Source of the DNA: an uncultured bacterium
Lineage (GTDB): Bacteria; Chlamydiota; Chlamydiia; Chlamydiales; JACRBE01
DNA: 64,000 nucleotides
Direction of reading: 5' to 3'
NCBI GenBank assembly: GCA_964429005.1
Contig: CAYSAJ010000004.1
Span: forward strand, 18,648 to 82,647
Under the pieces are notes generated by a model. That model did not search any database and had not been told where the DNA came from. It saw only the letters and a program-made list of their open reading frames with translations. This document shows, piece by piece, positions 7,765 through 17,532 of the stretch. The translations under genes and the position numbers were made by a program. Numbering within the stretch: the stretch's first letter is position 1; each line of letters begins with the position of its first letter.

Positions 7765-10239
7765 CTAAAATGATCCAAATGAAAGTACTGCAGCAGTTCC
7801 TTCGGGGAAAGAGGAGCGATCAAAATACGCCAGAAGGGCTCTTAAGGAAGGCAACTCCAAATGAGGAGTAGCATATTGGGTAATCTTTATTGTTTTTTCT
7901 GGATTAATATGAATTGAAGAGAAAATGAGCCGAAGAATCTTTCGATCATCAAAAGATCTCTTCTCTTCCTCAGGTAAGGCTAAGTATTCATCTATTTCTT
8001 TCATCACCTCTTCACAGATTTTGGCATATAAGGAAGAAGAAGCTATTTTTTTTAAAGCCTCCTCATTTTCTTGAACAGCAGCTAAGTAAAAGATTCTTAG
8101 AAGGTCTCGCTGATCAATATCCTTAATTTTGGGATGGAGGAAGATTTCATCCACTAGGTAAGGTATTTGAGGGTTTCTTTCAAGTTTATCTAACGCCAAA
8201 TCAAGGGGTAGTTCATGTAAGGGTCTGTGCTTTTCCGCTGTATAACGGGTTTCTGCTTCTACGATTTTGAATAATTCTAAGGTCTCTGAAGGAGATAATT
8301 CTAAATCTTCTCTTGCTGCTAAAGCTTCCAGATCTGAAAGGTCGCCCCCTCCTTCTGCTGCAAACTTTGTTTTTTCTTTTTCTAGTTCTCTCTTAAAGTT
8401 ATCAATAAGCTTTTGCTGAGAAAAAACCTTGTAGCTTCGATAAAGACCTTCGGAAAAGTGGGAATGAATCCATGCTGAAATGCTCTTTAAAGTACAATTA
8501 GGAACACTGCTTTGTGTTTGATAGGAACGTAAATGGAGTTCAGAAATAAATCCTTTAGTGGTTGAATAGGCGCTTATCATTTTATAATATAAATTCTGAA
8601 CCTCTTCAATAGAAGTTTCGGCATTTCTCCTTAAAATTACCTTATTAAGGTCAAAAAATGAGCCAAAAAAATCGATGACTTGCTTATCGGTTAGGTGATG
8701 GAGAGCGTAAGGATAGATTTTTTCTTTACCATCTTCAGCTATTAGGTGAGCTTCCGCAGGTGGTGCTGTATTGTAAATGATCACTGTATAGCTTTCTGAA
8801 GAATTTTTTCTAACCTCAACTTGGATCGTATGTCCTTCATCAGGAAATATCATGGAAATGGGGAAAAGACGAATTTCTCCAATCTTCATCGAGAGAATTG
8901 TTTCATGAATAAAATGTACACAAAGGGCGCTTTGAAAATAACGCATAGAAGCAGATTCTATTGAGGTCATTTCGCAGGATATCAAAAGAGAGCTTAATGC
9001 CGACTGTTCCATGCATTTTATCAAAGAATTTATCTCTTTGATTTGAGGATCAAGGGGGCTTAATGAATCACGAAAGTCCTCCAAGGAAATCAGATGGTAA
9101 AAATAGGAAATATACTCTAGGCTTCCCTCTAACTCGATAGAGCTTTTTTCATACCGAGCTGCTGTACTAAATGTTTGAAAATAGGCAAATTTTTCAGAGC
9201 AGTCTAATCTTTTGCTTCTTTTTCTGATTAATTCCTTTACCAAATCGATAAGAACTTTTTGAAACTGTGCTCGAGAAGAATAGCTACTGAATTGAACAGC
9301 TTGGGCTAATTTAAAAAGGAAGGGGGAACCAAAGGCGCTAAATTCCTTTTCAGGTAAGTTTGCTAATTGTTCTATTGGGAAGAGTTGTTTGAATAGTTCT
9401 AGCTCACCTGCATTGATCAAAAAACTTTGAAAAGAGAGCAATTTGAGATAGTGGGTATGCTCCAAATATTGCTTGGCGATAGGATGTGAAAAAAGCTCTC
9501 GAATGAAATGAACATCTTCATTTTCCATTCCTTCTTCAATCAATTCACCAAATTGACTTGCAGTGAGAGTTTTAAACGGAGCTAAACCCCACAATCTTGT
9601 ACAATCCAAAGGCTCAGATAGTTGATTTTTTTGATAATCGAAAAAATCCAAAAGATATTCTGTTGAATCTCCTTCAGAGAGAGAAGCAAAAACATCAGGA
9701 AACTCTCTAGAAGAGAGAAAAGCCTTGAAATGAGGGTGGTGCCATGTTGCTGACAACATTTGATACAAAATTTCATTTTCTCCTTTTTTCTTCGAAAAGC
9801 TCTGATAAACTTTTATGTGAAGAGAAATGACTTGCTCAGGAGTCAATAAGTTGATTTGTGGAAGTTTGAGTAATTTCTCAATAAAGGGAAGAGACTCTCT
9901 TTTTGCTGTGGCCCTTGATGCTAATTCATCAAGGAGCTCATAAAACTTGTCTGGTGGTAATAAAGAAAGAGAAGTTGTTTCTCCTGTCAAACTTTCTATC
10001 ACTCTGCTTTTACCTGCTTTGAAAGCCCCTAAAACATCTTTGGCCAAAAGATCTGTTCTTACAGCGTCAGGAGTTGGAGTTTCTGATACCGGAGGTATGG
10101 GTGTTGTGGGAGCCCCAATTCCTGCCCCAGCAGTAATTCTATCCGCTGCTCCTGAAATGGGAGAAAGAGCACCCTCTTTCCTTTCAGAAGCAGAGTCTCT
10201 CTTTGAGATAGGATCTGGGGTAATGGAAGGGATCGACAT
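7765..10239 (-). CDS. Large orphan protein (824 aa) with a Pro/Thr/Ala/Gly-rich N-terminus; possible clan-CE-like cysteine peptidase core (speculative)
   Basis: Long uninterrupted ORF with a strong SD (GGAGGA 5 nt upstream of the ATG). The first ~60 aa are low-complexity ('AGAGIGAPTTPIPPVSETPTPD'). The pattern 'DEGH470TIQVEVRKNSSESYTVIIYN490T' ... 'Q576SSVPNC582T' resembles the His-Asp/Asn-Gln-x5-Cys order of Ulp1/ChlaDUB-type enzymes. Confidence 0.6.
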   Translation of the reverse strand: MSIPSITPDPISKRDSASERKEGALSPISGAADRITAGAGIGAPTTPIPPVSETPTPDAVRTDLLAKDVLGAFKAGKSRVIESLTGETTSLSLLPPDKFYELLDELASRATAKRESLPFIEKLLKLPQINLLTPEQVISLHIKVYQSFSKKKGENEILYQMLSATWHHPHFKAFLSSREFPDVFASLSEGDSTEYLLDFFDYQKNQLSEPLDCTRLWGLAPFKTLTASQFGELIEEGMENEDVHFIRELFSHPIAKQYLEHTHYLKLLSFQSFLINAGELELFKQLFPIEQLANLPEKEFSAFGSPFLFKLAQAVQFSSYSSRAQFQKVLIDLVKELIRKRSKRLDCSEKFAYFQTFSTAARYEKSSIELEGSLEYISYFYHLISLEDFRDSLSPLDPQIKEINSLIKCMEQSALSSLLISCEMTSIESASMRYFQSALCVHFIHETILSMKIGEIRLFPISMIFPDEGHTIQVEVRKNSSESYTVIIYNTAPPAEAHLIAEDGKEKIYPYALHHLTDKQVIDFFGSFFDLNKVILRRNAETSIEEVQNLYYKMISAYSTTKGFISELHLRSYQTQSSVPNCTLKSISAWIHSHFSEGLYRSYKVFSQQKLIDNFKRELEKEKTKFAAEGGGDLSDLEALAAREDLELSPSETLELFKIVEAETRYTAEKHRPLHELPLDLALDKLERNPQIPYLVDEIFLHPKIKDIDQRDLLRIFYLAAVQENEEALKKIASSSLYAKICEEVMKEIDEYLALPEEEKRSFDDRKILRLIFSSIHINPEKTIKITQYATPHLELPSLRALLAYFDRSSFPEGTAAVLSFGSF

Positions 10240-10364
10240 ACTTCCTCCATTACCAAAAAAAACAAAAATGACAAGTTTTTTTTGAAAAAAAACAGAAAAA
10301 AAGGGAAGTATTTACTTTATCTTAAGGAGACATTATCCTGTTTCTTCCTCAGGAGAAGCTCTTT

Positions 10365-13262
10365 ATGCATCCCGCTTATAGAAAAATCAAGCAAGTCGCC
10401 ATCGATGAAATCAACGTCATTTACCATGAATATGAACATATCTCTTCTGGTGCCCAGGTGATTTATATTGAAAGTGATGATGATGAAAATGTTTTTTCTC
10501 TCAGTTTCCGTACTTATCCAAATGACTCTACTGGTGTCGCCCATATTTTAGAACATACAGTGCTATGTGGGTCGGAGAAATATCCTGTAAAAGACCCCTT
10601 TTTTAGCATGTCAGGGCGAAGCCTCAATACCTTTATGAATGCGATGACAGGAAGCGACTTTACATGTTATCCCGCCTCTTCCCTTGTGAAGAAAGATTTC
10701 TACAATCTTCTTGAAGTCTATCTTGACTGTGTGTTTTTTCCCCTTCTCAAAAAGTTCAGTTTTATGCAAGAAGGTCATCATTTTGATTTTGCAAATCCCA
10801 AAGACTATCGCTCAGCTCTGCAATATGGCGGCATTGTATTTAATGAGATGAAAGGGAGCCTCAGCTCTCCTGAAACTAGGCTTTGGCATCTTGTCTTTGA
10901 ACATCTCTTTACAGATTTAACTTACCGTTTCAATTCAGGGGGAGATCCCAAAGAAATCCCCCAGTTAACTTATGAAGAATTTATAGCCTTTCATAAAGAG
11001 TTCTATGATCCGAGTCGTTGTCTTTTCTATTTTTATGGAAACTTCCCCATAGATGATCATCTATCGTTTATCCATGACAAGGTCCTTTTTAAAGCAAAAA
11101 AACTTCCTGCCCTATCTCCTTTACCACGCCAAACTCGCTTTTCTAACCACCAAATTGTTAAGAGCTCGTATCCTAGCGATGATGAAAACACTGCCCAGAA
11201 AACCTATCTAGCCTATACATGGCTCACGGCTCATATTACAGATCAAGAAGATCTACTTGCTCTTACTCTTCTTGATTCTCTTCTGATGGACACAGATGCT
11301 TCTTTGCTCAAGAGAAAAATTTTAGAGTCGAAGCTTTGCATGAACGTTTTTTCTGAAACTGATACTGAGATCAGTGAAATCCCTTATATGATTATAGCAA
11401 AAGGATCTGACGAAGAGCATCTTCTCCCACTACAAAATCTCATTTTCGATACTTTGAGAGAGGCTGCACAAAATGGTTTTTCTAAAGAGGAAATTGAAGC
11501 ATCAATCCATCAGCTTGAATTATCACGTCTTGAAATTGGAAGTGATAATTACCCTTATGGCCTAAGTTTGTTCTGGCGCTGCGCTCTGATGAAACAGCAT
11601 GGAGCAGCAGGAGAAGATGGTCTCCGTATCCTCTCTCTTTTTTCTTCTTTAAGAGAGAAACTTAAAGACCATCACTACCTTCCGAAGCTCATCAAAAAAT
11701 ATTTACTGAGCAACGATCATTTTATCTCACTCTCTTTTTCCCCTGATCCCCATTTACTACAAAAAGAAGTGGAAAATGAGCAGATAAAGCTTCAAGCCGT
11801 TTCTTCCTCACTCTCAGATAGTGAGCGTAAAGCGCTGTTTGATGAGTGGAAGGAATTCAAAAAATTTCAAAAAGAAAAAGATGAAGATCAAATTGAATGC
11901 CTTCCGAAGGTCATAAGAAGCGATATCCCTGAGTCTGCAAAAGATTATCCTCTTGCGCATACAAAAGAAGGGATATTTGATATTTATCACCATGATTGTT
12001 TCACAAACGATTTCATGTATGTGGATATTCATTATCCCCTTCCTGAGCTTAGTCAGAAAGAGCTGCATACAGCGCAGTTTCTTGTCTCGATTCTTCCTGA
12101 ACTTGGAGCTGGCTCAAAAAGTTATTTAGATCAATTATCTTTGATCCAACGCTACACTGGGGGTATTTCCACAGGAATTTCTTTCCATGGGATAAGTCAT
12201 CTTCCTCACGTGCTACACCCTGAATTTGTGATTAAAGGGAAAGCTCTTAAAAGAAACAAAGAAGCCCTTTTTTCTATCATGGGTGACATCCTAAAGCACG
12301 TACGCCTTGATGAAAAAGATAGGATCAAAGAGCTTGTACTACAAACGGCGACTCACCTTCAATCCTACTTGAATAAACATGCGATGGGATATGCAACAAA
12401 ATATGCTCTGAGTGGATTTTCTACTCTTGGAGCTGTAAAGCATCAGCTGTCTGGAATCCCCTACTACCACTACATTCAAAAACTTGCGCAAAATATAGAC
12501 CATCATATGGATCAACTGATCGATGACTTAAGCACCATTAAAGATCGTATACTTCATGGTCATCATCCTTCTTTGGTCTATGCAGGACGCTATAAAGATC
12601 TTGATCTTTCACTTCTTCACTCATTTAAAAAGCCAACTGGATCTTTTGTAGGATGGAAAGAAAATCCTGCTCCTACTGCAAAAGAGAGCAAAGCATTTAC
12701 CATTTCTTCTTCCGTTTGCTTTACAACCTTAGCCCTTCCCGGAGTGGGCTTTGAAGATCCTATGAGCCCTGCGATGAACATCTTGCCAGATCTTTTAGGA
12801 AATGCTCACCTCCACCAAGCAGTACGAGAACAAGGGGGAGCTTATGGCGTCGGAGCTCAATATCACCCGATTACCCATACTTTTCACCTCTATTCGTACC
12901 GTGACCCCCACATCCAATCAACCCTTGATGCTTTTTCTCAATCTTTAGAAAAGATTGAGCGAGGCGATTTCACCCAAGATGAAATCGATGAGGCTTTATT
13001 TGAGGTGATCCAAGATATTGACTCCCCTCTTTCTCCCGGCTCAACAGCTTCTGTTGCGTACGCCTGGAAGGTCATGAATAGAACAAAAGAAAGGCGGCAA
13101 GAATATAGAGAAGCTCTCTTACATGTTTCTAAAGATGATTTAATAGAAGCTGCTCATACACTAAAGAAGCAACTTCAGCATGCATGCGTAGCTACCTTCG
13201 CTCCCCGTAAGCTTGCTGAGGAAACCTCAGAGATCTTTACCGAAATGGAAAGTATCTCTTAG
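10365..13262 (+). CDS. M16-family (pitrilysin/PreP-like) zinc metalloprotease
   Basis: 965-aa ORF with the inverted zinc motif 'HILEH' in 'GVAHILEHTVLCGS' and downstream 'NAMTGSDFTCYP'. The size and two-half architecture are typical of M16C presequence-protease-like enzymes. Confidence 0.9.
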   Translation: MHPAYRKIKQVAIDEINVIYHEYEHISSGAQVIYIESDDDENVFSLSFRTYPNDSTGVAHILEHTVLCGSEKYPVKDPFFSMSGRSLNTFMNAMTGSDFTCYPASSLVKKDFYNLLEVYLDCVFFPLLKKFSFMQEGHHFDFANPKDYRSALQYGGIVFNEMKGSLSSPETRLWHLVFEHLFTDLTYRFNSGGDPKEIPQLTYEEFIAFHKEFYDPSRCLFYFYGNFPIDDHLSFIHDKVLFKAKKLPALSPLPRQTRFSNHQIVKSSYPSDDENTAQKTYLAYTWLTAHITDQEDLLALTLLDSLLMDTDASLLKRKILESKLCMNVFSETDTEISEIPYMIIAKGSDEEHLLPLQNLIFDTLREAAQNGFSKEEIEASIHQLELSRLEIGSDNYPYGLSLFWRCALMKQHGAAGEDGLRILSLFSSLREKLKDHHYLPKLIKKYLLSNDHFISLSFSPDPHLLQKEVENEQIKLQAVSSSLSDSERKALFDEWKEFKKFQKEKDEDQIECLPKVIRSDIPESAKDYPLAHTKEGIFDIYHHDCFTNDFMYVDIHYPLPELSQKELHTAQFLVSILPELGAGSKSYLDQLSLIQRYTGGISTGISFHGISHLPHVLHPEFVIKGKALKRNKEALFSIMGDILKHVRLDEKDRIKELVLQTATHLQSYLNKHAMGYATKYALSGFSTLGAVKHQLSGIPYYHYIQKLAQNIDHHMDQLIDDLSTIKDRILHGHHPSLVYAGRYKDLDLSLLHSFKKPTGSFVGWKENPAPTAKESKAFTISSSVCFTTLALPGVGFEDPMSPAMNILPDLLGNAHLHQAVREQGGAYGVGAQYHPITHTFHLYSYRDPHIQSTLDAFSQSLEKIERGDFTQDEIDEALFEVIQDIDSPLSPGSTASVAYAWKVMNRTKERRQEYREALLHVSKDDLIEAAHTLKKQLQHACVATFAPRKLAEETSEIFTEMESIS

Positions 13263-13278
13263 CATCTTTATGTAGAGA

Positions 13279-14895
13279 TTATACAGCATCTCCTCGATAA
13301 ACAAGTACGCCATGAGCGACGTGAGACTTGAGCATCTCATCCAGTTCAGGTTGACTGTAATCACCGGTAAGCTCAAATTCATCGATGAGCTCTGCTTTGC
13401 TCAGACCCATCGGCATAAAAGAAGGTCCCACCGGATCAAAGTCCCAATGATCTCTAACATCTTGGGTGGTCATATCAGAGACCTCTTTGCCTAATTTATC
13501 GGCTAATTCATCAAGAGCTTTATCTAAAATTTCTTTTTCGATAGGAATTACAGGAGTCGCTCCATGGTTAAGTAACCATTTCTTTATGACAAGTGTTTTT
13601 GATCTCTGAGAAGGATCTTCTAAAATTTGAAATCCATGAAAAAAGAAAAAGGCAAACTGATCTTTAGCTTCAACGACAAGAGGTTTATTCACAGATCTTG
13701 CATAGGCTTTTAAGATTTCAACTATTTTGACTTGGAGAGCTCCCCCATAAGGATCAACTGTGATTGGGGGAGCGGCTGCGGCTGCGGCGGCTCCTGCAGC
13801 AGAATCAGCCGAGGAGATCTGTTCTGCTAAATTTTGTATGAAAAGAAATGTAGGTGAGATTAACATTTCAGGAGTCATCACCTCTTCTTCTATCGTTCTT
13901 CCTCCTTCCCTACACGCTGTTTTCATAAGATCTTCGTCAGATGCTGCTCCTGCAGCTTCAGATGGTACTTCTATGTATCTTACAACTTGAAACGCGTAAC
14001 TCTGTGTACTAGAAATTAAAGAATCAAGAGGGGTAACAGTTTTTAATCGGATACACATCGTTTGACTCATTCCATGAGTACTAACTACAAAGTAATGAGG
14101 CTTTAAAAGGGGGTGGGAAAAAGGATCGATCAATGTTTCACTCTCTGAAGTCCCAGCCCCACCAGGAACTTTTTCTTTTATAGGGGGGTCGATTCTCTTT
14201 GTTCCTACTCCGTTAAATTCAGCTAAAATCGTTTGTTCGTGATGAGGTATGAGCAATATTAAAGGGAGAGCAGGCGTTAAATTAGGTACACGAGCCTTTT
14301 TTTGCTCTGCTAAAAAATCGACAAGACGAAGAGTTCTACCATCTGGAAGAGCTATTTCCTTGTCAGGGATGCGTAAATTATATTCTTTGATGAAAATCAG
14401 AGCATCTTCGTTTTCGGGCGTTTTTATTATTAATAAAGCATCGTGCATGCATGCAAATCGAGCAGCTACTCTGACTGCTAGTTCGATAAGATTTTCTCTC
14501 AGTATGATGGCGTCTGACTCCTTTTTAATGTCCAATACGACCACTTCAGATGACACCGTTTCTTGGAGAAGCCCCTCTGTTGATAGCCTCAATTTCCTTG
14601 TTACTAAATGACGAAAAGATACAGAAGCAATCTTTGGATTATCAGGACTCTTTATCTGATCTACAACCGTTTCACCTGCTCTGGTAGTTTGCCGGGCTCC
14701 ATATAAATAATACCCTGCATAGAGGGAAAATACACCCCTCGCAGCATAAATGCAGTTATCCCTAGGTGATACCTCTGTAATTTCTGAACGAACTGTAAGG
14801 GGATCTTTTTTTCCTGTGCTCTTGTTATTGAAGACATCAGGGAAAGTCCAAAGGCATTCTGGATGCTTCACAGCAGGAGTTGCTGTAGTAGCCAT
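13279..14895 (-). CDS. Orphan protein (538 aa) with an internal poly-Ala tract
   Basis: Uninterrupted ORF with SD GGAGAG upstream of the ATG. I recognise no catalytic motif. It contains 'SAAGAAAAAAAPP' (GCN run near 13766-13810) and 'EAAGAASDEDL'. Confidence 0.65.
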   Translation of the reverse strand: MATTATPAVKHPECLWTFPDVFNNKSTGKKDPLTVRSEITEVSPRDNCIYAARGVFSLYAGYYLYGARQTTRAGETVVDQIKSPDNPKIASVSFRHLVTRKLRLSTEGLLQETVSSEVVVLDIKKESDAIILRENLIELAVRVAARFACMHDALLIIKTPENEDALIFIKEYNLRIPDKEIALPDGRTLRLVDFLAEQKKARVPNLTPALPLILLIPHHEQTILAEFNGVGTKRIDPPIKEKVPGGAGTSESETLIDPFSHPLLKPHYFVVSTHGMSQTMCIRLKTVTPLDSLISSTQSYAFQVVRYIEVPSEAAGAASDEDLMKTACREGGRTIEEEVMTPEMLISPTFLFIQNLAEQISSADSAAGAAAAAAAPPITVDPYGGALQVKIVEILKAYARSVNKPLVVEAKDQFAFFFFHGFQILEDPSQRSKTLVIKKWLLNHGATPVIPIEKEILDKALDELADKLGKEVSDMTTQDVRDHWDFDPVGPSFMPMGLSKAELIDEFELTGDYSQPELDEMLKSHVAHGVLVYRGDAV

Positions 14896-15075
14896 AATTC
14901 TCTCCGAAAAAGGAAATATATTATCTCAATTCTGAAGTTAAAAGCTAGATAGCAACCGGAGTTATATTAAGGCATTCTTAAAAAATTTTGTTTAAGTCGT
15001 GAGTTTTATCGTGATCCGTTGTATTTTTTGATTTCGTAGTCCATAATCCATTAATACAAACCATGGGAGTTTATC

Positions 15076-16551
15076 ATGAAAAACGCCTACTCATATCTTA
15101 TAGCTTCAACGATGTTACTCACTTCTATTTCAGGGTACACGGCTCCTTCCAAGGACAAATCTGAACAAACGGAAGAGGCCGTTCAAAATTCTCGCATCCG
15201 TCAAGCGAAAGAATTGTCAAAAGCTTTTACAACAGTCGCTAAGGACTGCACTCCAGCTGTCGTGTTCATCAAAGTAGAGTCTTCTGGCGATCTTACAGAC
15301 TACTTTAATCAAGGACCTGGTTATCAAGATCCATTTGATATGTTCCAAGATGATTTTTTTAATAGGTTTTTTGGACCCGCTCCTCGCGGTAGGGAGCGTA
15401 AGGCTCCTGTCCGACGCTCCCAAGGATCAGGATTTTTTATCACTTCAGATGGTTATATCATGACCAACTACCATGTGGTCAAAGATGCGACAAAAATTAC
15501 CGTCGATCTAAACCCACCAATGGAAAAACAATTTGATGCCACATTAGTTGGAGGAGACCCTCAAACAGATATCGCCATACTGAAAGTAGAAGGAACCAAT
15601 TTTCCTTATCTCCCTTTTGGCAACTCCGATGAAATCGAAGTGGGTGAGTGGGTCATTGCTGTCGGCAACCCCTTCCAATTACAAGCTTCGGTCACAGTTG
15701 GTGTTGTGAGCGCTAAAGGGCGCAATGACCTCCAAATTACTGACCTTGAAGACTTCATTCAAACAGATGCTGCGATCAATCCCGGCAACTCGGGCGGCCC
15801 TCTCCTTAATCTTGATGGAGAAGTCATAGGAATGAACACCGCCATTTTATCCCCATCGGGGGGATACATGGGGATCGGTTTTGCCATTCCAAGTTCTATA
15901 TTAAAAAACGTGGAAGCACAGCTGATCGCTAATGGAGAAGTTTCTAGAGGCTCAATCGGTGTGATGCTTCAGCCTATCGATCAAGATCTTGCTGAAGCCC
16001 TCAAATTAGACAAGCCCGAAGGGGCTCTTATAGCCCAAGTCAAAAAAGGGTCTCCTGCAGATAAAGCAGGATTGAAACAAGGGGATATCATTACAAAACT
16101 GAATGGAAGTGCAGTAAAGTCGATGAATACCCTTCGTAATGAGATCATGCTCTTACCTCCTAATACGACAATACAGCTCACGATCAATCGCCAGGGGAAG
16201 ACACTTGTTGTGCCCGTTACGATTGGCAATAGCGAAGCTGCGGAAAAAGCCTCCTCTACAATAGCTGTAAAAAAGCTGGGGATTGAAGTCGAAAGTCTCA
16301 CTCCCGAAGTAGCAAAGCAAAACGGTTACCCTGATGATGCAGGTGTGATTATCACAAAAATCCACTCAAACTCTGTTGCTCAAGCCGCAGGGATGCGCAC
16401 AGGCTGGGTGATCATGGCTGTGAACCACAAAAAAGTGGCAAACGTCGATGAGTTCAATAAGGCAATAGAGTCAACCGATGGGAATCGCGTCCTTCTGTTG
16501 ATTAATGCTAAAGGAAGCGTCCGCTTCTTCTCTCTTAAAATGGCCAAATAA
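15076..16551 (+). CDS. htrA: Periplasmic serine protease HtrA/DegP with two PDZ domains
   Basis: N-terminal signal peptide. The catalytic triad contexts are 'TNYHVV', 'DIAILKV' and 'GNSGGPLLN'. Two PDZ-like segments follow, and GGAG lies upstream of the ATG. Confidence 0.95.
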   Translation: MKNAYSYLIASTMLLTSISGYTAPSKDKSEQTEEAVQNSRIRQAKELSKAFTTVAKDCTPAVVFIKVESSGDLTDYFNQGPGYQDPFDMFQDDFFNRFFGPAPRGRERKAPVRRSQGSGFFITSDGYIMTNYHVVKDATKITVDLNPPMEKQFDATLVGGDPQTDIAILKVEGTNFPYLPFGNSDEIEVGEWVIAVGNPFQLQASVTVGVVSAKGRNDLQITDLEDFIQTDAAINPGNSGGPLLNLDGEVIGMNTAILSPSGGYMGIGFAIPSSILKNVEAQLIANGEVSRGSIGVMLQPIDQDLAEALKLDKPEGALIAQVKKGSPADKAGLKQGDIITKLNGSAVKSMNTLRNEIMLLPPNTTIQLTINRQGKTLVVPVTIGNSEAAEKASSTIAVKKLGIEVESLTPEVAKQNGYPDDAGVIITKIHSNSVAQAAGMRTGWVIMAVNHKKVANVDEFNKAIESTDGNRVLLLINAKGSVRFFSLKMAK

Positions 16552-16562
16552 GCCTTTGTTAA

Positions 16563-16591
16563 GGTAGGGGTTAGCCCCTACCTGAATTTTT
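16563..16591 (+). terminator. Rho-independent terminator after htrA
   Basis: Stem GGTAGGGG (16563-16570), loop TTAG, stem CCCCTACC (16575-16582), followed by TGAATTTTT. Confidence 0.8.
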
Positions 16592-16775
16592 AATAAATTC
16601 TACAAAATTCTAATAATCAGCAATTTACAAAAAATACAATTCTTAATAAATCGTTAATCTATTTACCTCCAAATAGTTAAGTTTGTGTAATACTAATTTT
16701 TTGAATTATAATAATATTTAATTATAAAAATATTATGTTTATAATATTAATAAAAATTTAATTAAGAGATTTATT

Positions 16776-17516
16776 ATGTTTTCAGAAATTACTAAGTATT
16801 CTGTTACACAAAAAATGATCGATGCAAGCTTATCAACTCTTGGCAATACGAAATATGCTAGGCTCCATGCCCTTACAGAACTAACATCCCTTCCTAGTGG
16901 ACTCATTGAGACAGCCTTAAGGATCGTTGCCTTGATTCCTTTTGCTTTTAGTGCTTTGATTGCTTTTATAGCTATCAAATGTGGCTCTAAAAATCCTCTC
17001 TGCAGCCGCGTGATTAACGAATATCGAAGTAATAACCGAGGCCTTGTTGCTGGACTTATCCATGCAGTCATGTCGATACCAAGAGCTCTTTATTATTTAT
17101 TCATTCCTATAAACTCTGATCAATCTACATCATCTGCTAATCAAGATGAAGATTCTAAATTAGTTCCAGTGGATGCTGAAAAAATAGCAGCTATCGCTGA
17201 GGCTGAGATTGCAGCGCAAGATGGACTATTTGAAGCTCAACTACAGGCTGCTCTGATAGATACTAAGGCTCTTACTGAAGCAAATCCCCCTCTTATGGCG
17301 CTATGCGCAGCTGCTGAAAGTGCTATTGCAGCTTTAGAAGCTGGCCGAAGTGAAGAAAATTTGCCGGCTGCCAGAGCAGCTTTTAGCGCTCTTTTTGAAG
17401 CTAATAGATTATCTTTAGTTGAGGCTCCAGTTGAAGGGCGATCTATCCCAGCCATTGCGGCAGAAAGAAAAGCTTTTGAAACGATGAAGCGCCTCTCAGC
17501 CCTTATTGGGGCTTAA
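16776..17516 (+). CDS. Inc-like membrane protein (paired hydrophobic segments plus an Ala-rich helical tail)
   Basis: 246-aa ORF behind a very AT-rich leader. Hydrophobic segments 'ALRIVALIPFAFSALIAFIAI' and 'LVAGLIHAVMSIPRALYYLFIP' are separated by a ~22-aa loop. The C-terminal half is Ala/Glu-rich and looks coiled-coil. Confidence 0.55.
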   Translation: MFSEITKYSVTQKMIDASLSTLGNTKYARLHALTELTSLPSGLIETALRIVALIPFAFSALIAFIAIKCGSKNPLCSRVINEYRSNNRGLVAGLIHAVMSIPRALYYLFIPINSDQSTSSANQDEDSKLVPVDAEKIAAIAEAEIAAQDGLFEAQLQAALIDTKALTEANPPLMALCAAAESAIAALEAGRSEENLPAARAAFSALFEANRLSLVEAPVEGRSIPAIAAERKAFETMKRLSALIGA

Positions 17517-17532
17517 GGCCATTTCAGATTGT

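Noticed and set aside
16729-16748. The inverted repeat AATATTAT-gttt-ATAATATT upstream of the Inc-like gene. Similar AT-only symmetries lie in 58516-58600 and 34300-34429.
   Set aside because: These are composed solely of A/T within near-pure A/T leaders. Such symmetry is expected by chance and cannot be distinguished from low complexity.
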